Below are positions 1-14,000 of a stretch of DNA of 64,000 bases, piece by piece. Source of the DNA: Antedon mediterranea (Eukaryota > Animalia > Echinodermata); NCBI RefSeq assembly GCF_964355755.1, contig NC_092675.1:677812-741811 (forward strand), read 5' to 3'. Within the stretch, counting starts at the first letter, position 1. The number at the start of each line of letters is the position of its first letter. Position numbers and translations under genes: made by a program. The notes beneath the pieces are model-generated. The model saw only the letters and a program-made list of their open reading frames with translations, was not told where the DNA came from and did not search any database.

Positions 1-129
1 TTGCATAACGTCTCTGCTGTGGCGATATGATTTCAAAAAATGATTTAAAAAAAATATGCTCCTTGAGGATTTCGAGGATTCAGGTTACGTATTAATATTT
101 ATACAGTATTATTTATTTATTTCACAACA

Positions 130-320
130 CATGTTGATGACATAAAATGGCTGGTGTGTACCACGTGAGCTGAATGTTGTCTTTACATTAATGTTGGTGA
201 ATATGAAACAAAATGGCTGGTGTGTACCTACCACGTGACCTGAATGTCGTCTTTACATTAATGTTGATGAAAATGAAACAAAATGGCTGGATTGTACCAC
301 GTGAGCTGAATGTCGTCTTT
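130..320. repeat. About 65-70-bp tandem repeat, 3 diverged copies
   Basis: AAAATGGCTGG..TACCACGTGA.CTGAATGT.GTCTTT occurs three times. Confidence 0.85.
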
Positions 321-1618
321 GCTACTATGGGTGGAGTATTAATTTAATCTCGGAGTGGGTTGAAATCTGCTACGTTTACCATAATTGCCAGACATGCAGC
401 AAGCTTCATACAAGGCATAGTAAACCATAGATTCAATACGCGTTTCCAAATTTAAGTTTCTGATATCAATTTTTCAATCTTGCATTCATTGTCTGTTTTT
501 TAAAAATTAAAAAAACCAATCAAATAATTCAATTCCAAAATAACTTTAATAATAACAATAATCATATGAAATAAAATATTTAAAATGTGAGCCACACCGT
601 TGCTATGCTATAGGCCTAGTCTTTATATTCATTCTCTTAAAAAATTACCAAGGGATAAAATGTACCATGGACAATGACATTAATAGATTCACTCGAAATA
701 TACGTTTCTATACAATATAATTACAAAATGATATTTCCATATCATATGTCCATATATGGGATGGGAATATATCAACAATCATTTTTTTCCTAAACATTTT
801 CTTTAAAAAACCTTTTCAGCTAATTTTTAACAATAAATATAACAATACTGAGTTATTATATAGTGATTATCGTAACGTTCTTCTAGTCTACTAAAATTGT
901 ATTTATCATTATGTTATTGGATCTATATATCTATTGTACTGTTCAATTACATATTCATATCATGAATTTGAATTTGTTTCATAATTATGCTTTTCATATT
1001 TATAATGCAATATCAATATATATATACATATATATAACAAATACTTTATAATCATTTTAATCCTAAATATTGATATAAAGATATTGTTTTTTCAAAGCAC
1101 CAATGACAATATACAATATTCACCTTTTGTTTAAATTTACTTTGTTTTTATTTGACATACTATATTCACAGGGAAATAATAGAATGGGAATGTATCTACA
1201 GAAAGCACTAACGCTTTTATTTCACAAACAAGATAATAACTAATCAAAATACAGAGAAACAAAATTGAACAACAGCTATATTATCATAAATGTTGCATGT
1301 AGACACTCTGCCAGAAAAATATTAGAACACTTCCTAAACCAGAAATGTTTCTAAGTTCAAAATTGTCATAATTATTTTTAACAGTGTCACCAGTACCAAG
1401 TTGTAAGAAATTGTACATTACGGATATATTATTACTCTAAACCTGTCTACACATTCAAACTGTATGCGAGTAAAAAAAAATCAAAACAAATCTGATGTGC
1501 CCATACAGTATATGGACGTGACACAAAGTACCATATTTGAGCATATCACTACCATATTTGGGCACATCACACTTTTTTTTGTAAAATTAGTTTGATAGTG
1601 TAGACAGAGCTATAGATA

Positions 1619-1751
1619 CAGTAGAACTCCTGTTAAGGGGACAATAACATTAATTATAAGGTTTGTTTTGCACATTAGTGTTAAAACATATATTTCCCCT
1701 TGGAAAGTGTCCCCTTAATAAAGGGTGTCCCTTCAATAGCGGTTTGTCGTA
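1619..1751. mobile_element. Old Tc1/mariner-like MITE (CAGTRGAAC...GGACA / TGTCCC...) family
   Basis: TA|CAGTAGAACTCC..AAGGGGACA at left and GTGTCCCCTTAATA..GTGTCCC at right; degraded relatives at about 32975-33105, 37995-38230, 56178-56310. Confidence 0.55.
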
Positions 1752-4700
1752 GTGCTAAAACGTATATATTTCCCCATGTTCATTTCATAGGTAGGTAGGC
1801 TGGAGAAGAGTGTTCCAAAAAATGGGTTTTAGTTTACCTGTATTTAGTATACAAATGAGTGTCATAAACTAAGTGGTTTTCACACACTGGTCTTACACCA
1901 AGAAATTATATATTTTGTAGCTTGTAAAGGTAGAGATGTACTGGACGCAAGAGGCCATGTTAATGAATGAAGTTCAGTTGTATAAATTATCCTTATGTTT
2001 TATAATGTTCAATTAATACACAAAATGTAAACTTAGGAGAGCCTTATATGGTTTATTATTGCATTTATCCTCAAATACAATCAGGTGGAATTTAATCAAT
2101 GTTTACTATAGCACCATAGTATAACACAGATAAACTTAAACAACTACAAATAACATACAATAAACTAGAATGGTGAAGAATATACATTATGTATGCTAAT
2201 ATTATTAACAAAGCAATTTGTTGGTTTATATCTGCTGTACAAACCATTGTTTTATACCAGACATTGACATTTCATCACTGTCCTACAAGGATTTACACAC
2301 TTCCTTCATTTAACATATCCATTGGGTAAATAATCTCACTACTGTACCATCTGTTCTCACATCATCAGTACATTTAAATATTAACCAATTTTATTTACTT
2401 TCACAAGATTACAATCATTGTTATTATTTATTAGCATATTTGTTATGCAACTAAAAGTTAATAAAGTGATTATATCTACATCAGTGCATATGATTATTAC
2501 CATGATTTAAAGAATAAATTATTACTTGATTATTTCTAAATAAATTTTTATCTTTCTATTGAACTAAGACAAAGCTAGTTCTCTTCTTCTAAAAATTAAA
2601 GCATTAATAAATATGTTGCCAAGATTGTCAAGATAATTTAAAAAGCAATGATTAAAGTGAAAACAATAATCATGCTTTATTTATTTATAAAACCAGTTCT
2701 AAGGAAAAAACTATGCAAAAATATTTGCTTAAGGTTATTTTGAATTCATAAATCATTGGCTCGAAAAAGGTAAAATGATTTCTTTTAAAAACAAGATTGA
2801 TAATCTTGAGAACCCCATAGATAGATTACTGGTTGAACAATAGCATTTGGATTGTCATTTCAGAAGGTATCTTATGCAAGAAATAGGCATAATAATATCA
2901 AACTGCAAATCACGTACTGTGTTAATAGTACTTTATCTTTCAGACAAATGCTAGAATTCAAGAATTTAGTGAGCATGTGTTATTAGGTTTGGTTGGTTTA
3001 AAATCAAATGATCATTAAGAAAAATAAAACTTGTATAATAAAAATAAATACAGTAAACGCACCTGTAACTTTGTACTTTAAATATCTATTCTTAATACAC
3101 ACATACATATCATTTGTGTGGAAGCATGTATTGTAACATTAAAACCACGATAAACAATATTTGCATAAAACCATATAGAGAAAACTAACAGTCATATTAG
3201 ATACAGTAACTTGTATCATCATATTAGTTTCACTATTGTAGTAACCTCTATGCATTGTCACAACAGATACAAACGCATCAATTTACATCTTACATTTCAT
3301 TTTATACAATTAACAATATAAATAAAATTGTTTTAAGATTTCTTTTCTCAAGACAAATAATAATAGCATTGAAAGAAAAATTATTTGAGAATTTTGTCTA
3401 AACTACATATCTTATTTGCAGGGAAACATTTGATGTGTCAGAAAAAGGGATATTAATTAAGGAGACACCTTTAGAACAAAGTTATACCCTTTGTAGGGAT
3501 GTCCAGTGAATAGGGATGGAAGATTACCTTTTCTTTACCATTTATTAAACTAAAACTATTGATTTAGATTTTGTTATTTATATAACATAATAACATAATT
3601 TGTTATAACTTTATTCTTATATTTAGTATGGCCAGCATATAGCTGGAAACACACATCAGATGAAAAAAAAACCTAACAAGACACATGTACAGTTACTGGC
3701 TCTGTTATTGGCCACATTATACTTGGTCTCATTACATTTACATTATATTTTAAACAAAAATAAAGGAATAAAGAAATCTACGCGATTGAAATAAGCGGCC
3801 TGTTGCGCTATTTAGATTCATGGAATCTTCTCTATTTTAATATGTCAGTCTATCATCATTCTCCTCCTCCTCACAATACTGTACACCTACATTTCTTTAG
3901 TTACATAATAAGCACCATTTTCATCATATTTTATTGCCGTTGCTAGGCAACTAATTGGAACTTGCATTCAAATAAATATATTGGTGATAAAAGATCACAT
4001 ATCTAGCAAATATACTGAAAGAAAGCTACAAGAAATGTGCCAATACACAGTGCCAATACACAGACAAATCTAAAGAATTAGATCATTTAAGACATTAAAT
4101 CAAAAGCAAAGCTTTTCAAGACGACCAAATAAGGAACAATAAATGCCATGATCTATAACTCGCTGACAAAAGGTTTAATTAGTTTTCCAGAAAGATGGCA
4201 TTTCTATTCATGATAGAAATACAATTGTATTGTATATCCTAATTCAAAGAAAAACAGATCTAGAAGGTTCTACCAGCAAACATTAGTTTGCCTGGTAACC
4301 AAGTATAAAGTGCAGATTGGCCTAGGTGAGATGTTTACTAAAGAGCTCCATATCACTGTACACATACAGCTGTACATTAAATAATGAAATGCTTTGTTCT
4401 GTTTTTTTAAGGACAATATTTAACCAATAAAAACTAATCTATACTGCATAGGTCTAGTACCTAATGAAACATGTAATGAAATTATATGAAAACGTAGAAA
4501 GTGAATTTTCAATTAGAGCAGTATTTATATTAGATTTTACTACAGTATATCATTAAAATCCATTGGACAGATGCATTGTTGCCGATGATAGAATTACAAA
4601 ACATGTGACATTTCCCACATTATTAACATATTAAAAACAGATTTCATAAACCTTGTTATATCACAACTTAAATAATTAAATTACATGGAATATATTCTTA

Positions 4701-5072
4701 ATACACCAAATGAAAATTTAAGATATCTGTATATACCTATAAACACTGGCAAACATCCAATACTGAAAAAGCTAACTTCAACATTAACGGGGGAAAAATC
4801 ATGCAAGGTTTTTATAAAAATATTATTATTAAATCAACTACGGTAATTCCAATCTGTACATTTCCTAAAAAAAGAGGGAGGGATTTCAATTAAATTATTC
4901 ACCTGCATCTTACACATAAATACACAAGCAGCATCAACTGTCTAATCTAGGTGATTTGTATAACATTGAGTTGTTCTGTTTGCATTTTTTTTGCTTGGGA
5001 AATTGACCAACAGCAGCAGAGCACAAGTTTGTATGAAAAAAATTGGGTTTTTTTTTCTCTCAATTTTTAAAG

Positions 5073-8000
5073 TTAGTCTTCATCGCTGTCTGATGAGCTG
5101 CTGTCATCTTCATAAAAACCGTGTTTGCGATGTTGCAACATTGCTTCCATTGCTGCATCCGAATCAGGATCAGATTTACGAATAGCAATCCAAATTGCAA
5201 ATGAAAATACGTAGAGAGCTAAAACGGGCATCAGTGACAAAATGACAGCACATTTAACAGTTCTACAACCTCTTGTCGGCTTTTTGCGTGCTTTCCTTCG
5301 AATTATTCTCGTCTTTCGTTTCTTTTGCTTCTTAAACTCACGAACAAACGGCGTGTCTATTCCCTTCTTTGTTAGGTTTGCCAGTTGTGTGATGTTCCAC
5401 TCTGGATGATGAAAATGGATATCAAATTTTTGTGCCCAGCGAGCAAAAACTGCCTTCTCGGTCATAAATAAATGGCCTGATTTCAGATTGTGTTCGCTCC
5501 AGCTATAGTAGAGGCATTCTTTTGTTCCATTTGGTTCATAGTAATGATAAGTAGTTAAATTATCATTATTATCCCTAAAAAAAAATAAGAATATTTACCA
5601 AAATTGTTGAAAATGTAAAAAGGGGAATTTTGTTATTACTGTAAATGTTTAATATTTATAGGTTTTGCAAGATGACAAAGATGCACAATTTTATTGAAGC
5701 AAAACAGTGTGAATTAAAATATTATTAAGCAATAACAAATATGCCACATAATCTATGTACAGTATTATATACAGTATAATATTAATGTACCAGCGAAAAC
5801 AAACCAAAAATATATTAAATATTATCTGTTTTCACAAGCATTAGAAAGCTTGCATAAACAGATTTAAGCTGATCCAAATAATATCAGTTTTAACCTTTAA
5901 TGTGCGATCAGTTTACTCTTTTATATCTACATGTGATAACTCTTAAAATACTGCACTTTTGATGGTTTTCAGAGATATACATCTGAACAGAAAGACAACA
6001 CAAGTATGAGATAGAGACTATACTGTAGCTGAATTATCATGAGGAACAGCCAGGCATGTTCATTATTACTGTAGCAATTATTAAAATTAAATTTCAATAA
6101 AAAATTATAACAATACAACATAAATAATTTTAATAGTACCACAGTATGCACAAAGACGACTCAAAATATGCCCAGCGATAGTTTACGCCTACATGGCGAA
6201 TCAAAGCGAAAATTGTTACACTATAAACAATTTATTTAAAAAAAAAATGTAAATTCAGGTTTAAAAATAACATTATAGACCTACATTTTATGGATTCCTA
6301 CTGTAATCTTAGGAATACTGAACTAGGCCTTGGGATGGGGGTGGAAGGGGACGCCTTTATCAAGTGAATCACAATTAAAAGAGCTAACTGTAAACAACAA
6401 GATATATCAAGAAAAGAAAATGTGTAAACATACTGTACAGATTGAGTTATAATATATAATGGTTACTAGTAAATATGGCTTTTGTTTTTGTCGTCATTGG
6501 CCTGATGCTACTGTAGCTTGTAATTTGGGAGAGTCCTTTGAAAGCAGTTGAAAGATACTGTTGAACACCCACCAAATCCGTCAAGTGTACGGCCTGATAC
6601 TCAATTGATATCAATATGTCAAAATTGGTGAAACAAAATCATTTTATTTAAAAAATACTCTATACATGCAATGATTTGGTTTGTATGATGACTTTTAAGC
6701 GTGTATGTCAGGAAACAATATTTACAATCATAGAATTGCCTACACAGAACTATATAGCTGTTACTTATTAACTTCTGTTTTGAATACCAATGTTTGTTAC
6801 TAGAATCAAACATATGTTTCAATATATACATGGTACCAACAATTTGATTTTACCATGTGTTATGCACTAAACTTTAGTTACAATGAATTAACATTCTTAA
6901 AATACAAAATAAATAAATAATAGACCTCGGGCTATATAATAGACCTAAAAGGTAATATTAGTGTACAAGAATTTAACAATACAGTTGGACAGCATATGGT
7001 AATTGCAGATAATAATGTCCATAAATACCAGTACTGTAAACCACAACAATTAATGCTCTATTATATTACTTCTTTCTTATTAGTTGACCTTGTGTGTAAT
7101 GTATTTATAGTAAATAATGGAACTCATTGGAAATAAAGTCAACCACTTAATTTTAATGTCAACTTAATACATGTACTTTAATGTAATCCCAATATTCTTT
7201 TGAAATCATTGTATGTATTGTATTTTACATAAAAGATATCGAATAAAGTCAACCTATAAACTTGATGTTAATCGCAACTATAAGTACTATACAGCAATTA
7301 AACTTTAAAGAAGAAAAAAAATGACATACCAAGTAAGTCATACATTACATGATTTAGTTTAATGTTGGTTCAATTGGGTTTGCTATGTATTTTGGAGGTT
7401 CACGGTAGTTTTCAGGGTTTAGCAGCAGCAGCTAATTACTGATGACAATACAGTATCAAGCTACTCAACGTTATGCAGTCATAATATAACCTACTGTATT
7501 AGTTCCAAGAACATCAACATTATGTGAATAATCAATATTTTTCTATTTGGAATAATCTACTGAAAACCAGGATATTTTGCCATTGACACTTCATAAACCT
7601 ATACAATATGTACTGTTTTCTGATTTTATTTCTGTATGTCAAGGGCTTCCCAGTGGCATAACGCAGTGGGCAGAGGCCCCTAGTTTAGCACTCCTAAGAG
7701 GCCCTTAAATGGTACTGTACAGTAGTTTGGGACTGCTCATGTTCTGGGGACACCGGTTTTTGTCAGACACAGTAGCCCTCATAGCATAAGGGCGTGTGGC
7801 GCAGTGTGTTGACGCTGGATTACCAATTGTGAGGTGGTGGTTTGAATCCAACTCTCACCGCATTGCTTGTATCCTTAGGCAAGGCACTTACATTTGCCTA
7901 CCCATGTATGTGTATAAAATTGGTACCGGTTACTGTAGATCAAGACACAACTTTGATTATCCTGCATTATGGGAGTATGTTTCTATATGTGTTTGATCAA

Positions 8001-11000
8001 AAAAATGACCGGGGTAATAATGTTATATAAAGTGCCTTTGAGCATGATTACTCATGAAAAGGGCACTATATAAATGTATTATTATTATTATTATACAATG
8101 AACCCAAATCATTCAATATTTGATTTAATATAAAAATTGTAAATAGACTACTAAACAAAGAAATACAATCAAATAAATAAAATTACAGTAGCAAAGGCCT
8201 ACTGTGAATCTGGGTTGAGGCAGGGGAATGTCGAGCTACCTAAACCTTTGCATTATAATTTCACCCCTGACATTAATGCTTTACATGTAACCCCAGAAGC
8301 CTCTTAATACTGTTTTACTGCAAATACAATTTACATTCCCTAAAATTACGTGCGTTACAGTAAACTACAGTTTATTCATTCCTATAGGTTTCCAATTTTC
8401 TGTCTTTCAAAATCGAAACTTTCAAAATGGGAAATGCTATTGATATTTCCACAGTTGATTTATGCGTCCTGGGTATGACTGGCAGTGTATAAGAATCCTG
8501 CTAACCTGGATTAACAGGCAATAGCACAATGTACCAGTGTTCTCCCCAAGATTCACATCAAGCGTCACGCTTCCGCCCCCGGGGGGAGGACCATTCCGAC
8601 ACTAAGTCCCACCCATGTATATAAGAATCCTGCTAACCTGGATAAACAGGCAATAACACAATGTACTGTAGTATTCAAAGAAAAAGACACAAACCATAAG
8701 TGGTGTTGGTAGTGCAGCTAGCTTACCTGGATAAACCGACATTGGCCTATTCCCTCCGAGACGAGAGCTACAACTCGAATACAATTTTACAGAACACCCC
8801 TATCAGATAATGGTACATTCCATAAACCCCTGCCATAACGTGGTAGCATCCCAACACAACCATATCATTTAGAAAATTCCCTTAACAAAAATGGTACAGT
8901 CCACAAACCATGCCCCATGTGGAAGAATCAGAGACACACACCAATATTCTCATTTTCTTTTCCAGAGGCTTGTCCGAGGGATAAGACAGGAGGGTTGTTT
9001 ATTTTCATGGAAAATAAATATACTCTTTTTTATTCAGCTTTAGCTAGGCACGAACTATAGTGATATAGTGCTAGTAATTGTTTTGAAGGTACAATGTGAT
9101 TATTAGTACTTTGCTTTTCTTCTGTGTTGTATTGATTAGAAAAAAATGTGCAATTCTTAGAAAATCACTCTCACAACATTCAAACAATGAGAATTCACAA
9201 ATAAAAAATTGGATATTAGGAATAAATAATGTATATTTAGCTAGTTTAATACAGGAATTTATAAATATCTTCTAATAACCGATTGCATTATTAACTTTTT
9301 TTGTTGAAACACATTTTGTATAAAACTGAGCAAAATATTTAAAATATACAGTAGAATAATAGGTTCTGAGGCCAAATTTCTAGAAAGGAATTTCATCAAT
9401 TTATAATTTCTATCTATATAATTTTGATCCTTATTGTACAAAGCCTTATTCTTGTCTTAAAGAGACCATATACAGTATATAAACAGCATATATTATGCAT
9501 AGTAGGGTACCTACTGTAGTATAGTTACTTCTGATTCAGAAAAGAAGGGTTAACAAAATGGCTGCATGTGCAATTATGCAAAACTATCAATGAATACAAA
9601 TAAATATTTGAACTCATTTGATAAAATCATTTTTGCTTTTACTGTAGTTCTCTGGATACATTAAATTGGCCATCTAATTAGCATAATTTATGCAATAAAT
9701 TTTAAGCATAGCAATAATGACAAAACACACCATGATTTGTAAGTAGTCATGAGTATTGAAAAAACACTACTAATTTCTAACAATCACATTCTTACTGTAT
9801 TATTCATTGTAACAGTAAAATTTCATGAAACATTTTTCGAAAATGTAAGTATGAATTTTACATAAATGTGAAATCATTTTCTTTCAGTATTTTCAAAAGG
9901 GGATTTTGTTCACATCCAAATTGATGGCTGAATGAAGATAAACAAGGACAATCAATATTAACATTTTGTAATGTACAAATACATTTGTAATGTACATTGA
10001 AACTGCTCTATCCTGTTCCTGTTTGCAAAAGGTGAGGGAATTTTCTGGTTTTTTCCTTCATAATAATCAGGTTAATTAACACTAAAAACGTGTTTTAATG
10101 TAAAGCTTTATACGATAACTAACTTTTTCTGGAAAAGGTTTGTCAGTTTTCCAAAAATGTAATCACTTGGATTTTTCTTACAAACTGAAAACCTTCAAAT
10201 CCTTGATTTAAAATAAAAACAGCAAATGTTTTGTTGCTAATTATACAAATGTGCCAAGAAACTAAATCGTTTACTCAATTATGGCATTACAGTACATTAC
10301 AGTCCTAAATATATCACATGATTTTATGTTTTTCAGGATTATGGAAAAATTTGGGAATTTTAGAATTCAACTTTAAAACATCTGAAAATACACAAACCAA
10401 AAGTGGTTTAGTAGTCTATAAGTGCTAGTTTACCTGGATCATTGACCCATTCTCTCTGAGAAGAGAACTATGACTCGAATATATAAAATTGTATGAAAAA
10501 ACCCTATCAGATAATGGTACATTCCATGAATCCTGCCCTCAAATGGGAGCATCCCAACACACAACCATCATCATTTCTTGGACTTTAACATCCTTATATT
10601 TTATGTAATGTCAACAGTACTAAAATATGGAGCTATCGACAAACGACAACACCTTCATTGATTGACCTATAGGTTGGTCATCGGTCATCTTTCGTCGCAA
10701 ATTGAATCCCTAATGAAAGACTGGATCATTTTAGAAATTACTGTATGTTACACACTGTTGGATATTATGATAATTACAACATTTATTAGCTCACTAGGTG
10801 GCAAGCTGACTGAATAATATGCCAATCTTTACAGGAGACTTATTTCAACAGCTTGACCATTGACAATCATTATTCTATTGTTTAATTACAATACTTGATA
10901 CACATCATCACAGTGTACACTAGGTAGTAAATTACGCCTTATGTCAGTGACATATTATTATTTTAAACTAAGGTGATAAGTTAATAATATTGTTATCCAT

Positions 11001-14000
11001 CAAATAGTCAGACTCTACTATTTTAAAAATATAATCTAATGCTAGCCAGAATAGTACCACTACAACTTTTTTAGGACCAATAATAATACTATCTATATTT
11101 TAACGCGGAAAAGCTTGTATCGCTACAAAATCTGTTCTTCTACTGTACAAGGCAGTGATCAACTTGATGCATTACTAATTTAATTAATTTAAAAAATATT
11201 TGGTAGAGTTAAATTATAATTAATCAAATATAAAATATCTAAGAAAACCGTATTATAATGGTTTTGTCCTATTGTAAATTGTATATTTAGACTATAGGAG
11301 TTAAATGTTATAGACATAGTATTGTATTGTATATTTAGACTATAGGAGTTAAATGTAATAGTATAATGCATGGTTTTGTCCTATTGTATATTTAGACTAT
11401 AGGAGTTAAATGTAATAGTATAATGCATGGTTTTGTCCTATTGTATATTTAGACTATAGGAGTTAAATGTAATAGTATAATGCATGGTTTTGTCCTATTG
11501 TATATTTAGACTATAGGAGTTAAATGTAATAGTATAATGCATGGTTTTGTCCTATTGTATATTTAGACTATAGGAGTTAAATGTAATAGTATAATGCATG
11601 GTTTTGTCCTATTGTATATTTAGACTATAGGAGTTAAATGTTATACAAATAATGAATGTTTATGAGTGTAATGGTACAAATAATGGCACGAGGTGAATGA
11701 TGAAAGGTTATATTTCAACGAGGCGATGAGCCGAGTTGAAATATAACCTTTCATCATTCACCAAGTGCCATTATTTGTACCATTACACGAATACAAAACA
11801 TTCATTATTTGTTTTATATAACATCTAAATAAATTCTAGTTATTTGAATCAAATAAAAGGTAGCCCTAGCCAAAGTTTACTACATTTCATTCACACACAT
11901 TGATTAAAAACAGTAACATTTCGTTTTAAATAATTTTATATTAAATGTTATATTTATATGGATTTCGTAAACACACCTACTTTTGTGTTAATTATGTCAA
12001 CAAACGACCAAACAATCCTAGGCCTAGCAAGGCTAAAACGCCTAGGCTAGGCCTAGCCTAATACTAGCATGGCCTAGGCTAGACCTAGTAGCCTAGTACT
12101 AGCTTGGCTGAAAGGCAAAACTTCGACAGACAATTGGAACTTATCTAAGCTAATTATGGTTTTTCCAACAATTCCACGTCCTGTAGGGATGTCCCCATTA
12201 ATTAATCAAAATCCTAAAAACGATCTAAAGCTAATTTAAATGCCTTTTTGAATGAAATTAGTACATAATGTCCAAATCGTACACAAATATCTGCTGCTGT
12301 TGCATATCTCGCGGTGGTGTTTACAAATGAAACTCAGACCAGACGACAGGTGGCGCTGTTGTATTTCACAGTACATAGCCATATCATAGGATAATTTGTG
12401 TACTAGATTTTTTTTCATCCGCGAGACGTTTTTTTTTTCGTACACAAAAATGTTTCAAAAAGTACTATTTAACGATCGTTGAATAGTGCGTACTATTGCA
12501 CGCCATGTGACCCACAATCGTCCAATCAAATGACAGGAATTTATTTAGGTGTTATATAAAATAGTATAATGCATGGTTTTGTCCTATTGTATATTTAGAC
12601 TATAGGAGTTAAATGTAATAGTATAATGCATGGTTTTGTCCTATTGTATATTTAGACTATAGGAGTTAAATGTAATAGACATAGTATAATGCACAGAATG
12701 TCATAACACATAATTTAGAATGTTATTTTAATTCCCTACAGTATAATGTATGTTTTCACTTTTGTGTTTTATTTCTTGTTATTGTTTGACTTACATGACT
12801 CTGATCAACTAAATATCATTCAGCATTTATTTTGCCAACTGAAGACAGTTGTAGAGTAGTATCATATTTCTGTAATACTGTAGGTCAGTAGAAATAGTTC
12901 AGCCATGAACAGAATGTTTTAGCTACAGGATCAATGGATACTGTACTTGCTATTAAATTGACATAAATTAACATCAAATTTAAGAATATGTAAAGATCTG
13001 CCTACAGTACACTATCAAACTAGTTTGTACTTACCAAATATGGTAGTGAGGTAATATATATGGGCACATCCCATTTTTACTCGGGGTACCCGAGTCTAGT
13101 ACTTACTCATTTTCTCCTCCACCATCTGGACACTATTGAGTAAAAAGTGCGATTTTTAAAGTACTACTCCTCCCTTATTAGTTGTAGTATTGAGCTGGGA
13201 TTTGGCATGAACATACTACAGGGACATGTCCTCAAAGCTATAGAGCCGGATTTTTAATTTTTTGTTAATTAATTTGTTTAATTAAGAATCCACAATGTGT
13301 GACACACACCACAGCGTTATGTAGTTATATGGTTATATGCGGCTTCTTGGCGTAGTGGTTATCACGTTTGCTCAATACGCAGAAGGTACCTGGTTGGAGC
13401 CCGGGCTAAACCTTTTTTTTTAAACTTTATGGTGAAAAGTACTGTATACGCAATATGATAATTATACACAGTATATCTTATTATTATTTTTTTAAATACT
13501 TATTTTGTGTAATCGGTAATTATCACTTTTACACATGTTTATTTTGCTTTGTGCTTATTACCATTTATTTGTAATTTAAATGGATTAAAAAACTTTCTGT
13601 AACCCACAATTTCAATGTAAGAGGTTTCGTAGTGTAGTGGTTGTCAAGTCTGCTTAACACGCAGAAGGTCCCGGTTCGAGCCCTGGCGAAACCTATTTTT
13701 CTTTAACTTTCTAACTGTATACGTCTGTATACAGCTTCTTTCGCTGTACCCCGAGTATTGCACATTCGTGCTTGTTTTGTCACATAAAGTTTGATAGTGT
13801 AGACAGAGCTTTTACAATTGGTGACTGAAAGACGACAAATAAACAAAAAATATGTCATCTTAGACATGCTTTCCTTGGATTTATGCAAGTACAATTTTCG
13901 TTAGATATAATGGTACCAGTATTTTTTTTCAAATTTCAAAATTGGATTGTTAATCTTATACTTATTTTAATTCTATCCAAAATAGGAAATAAAATTGCAC

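Larger units (their letters stand above)
13074..13776 (+). mobile_element. Non-autonomous Helentron (HINE/DINE-1-like) carrying two tRNA-Val copies
   Basis: 5' T-run plus hairpin ACTCGGG-GTA-CCCGAGT (13079-13095); 12-bp sub-terminal inverted repeat TACTCGGGGTAC (13078) / GTACCCCGAGTA (13746); 3' stem-loop GCAC-ATTC-GTGC then TTGTT. Inserted in a T-run of a Harbinger-like MITE with no TSD. Confidence 0.75.

Noticed and set aside
1-30. Possible end of a plus-strand CDS (LHNVSAVAI*)
   Set aside because: Too short to support without upstream sequence.
8721-8735. CTTACCTGG resembling the U1 snRNA 5' end
   Set aside because: Downstream sequence lacks the U1 stem-loops and Sm site; it is simply the complement of a donor-like site.
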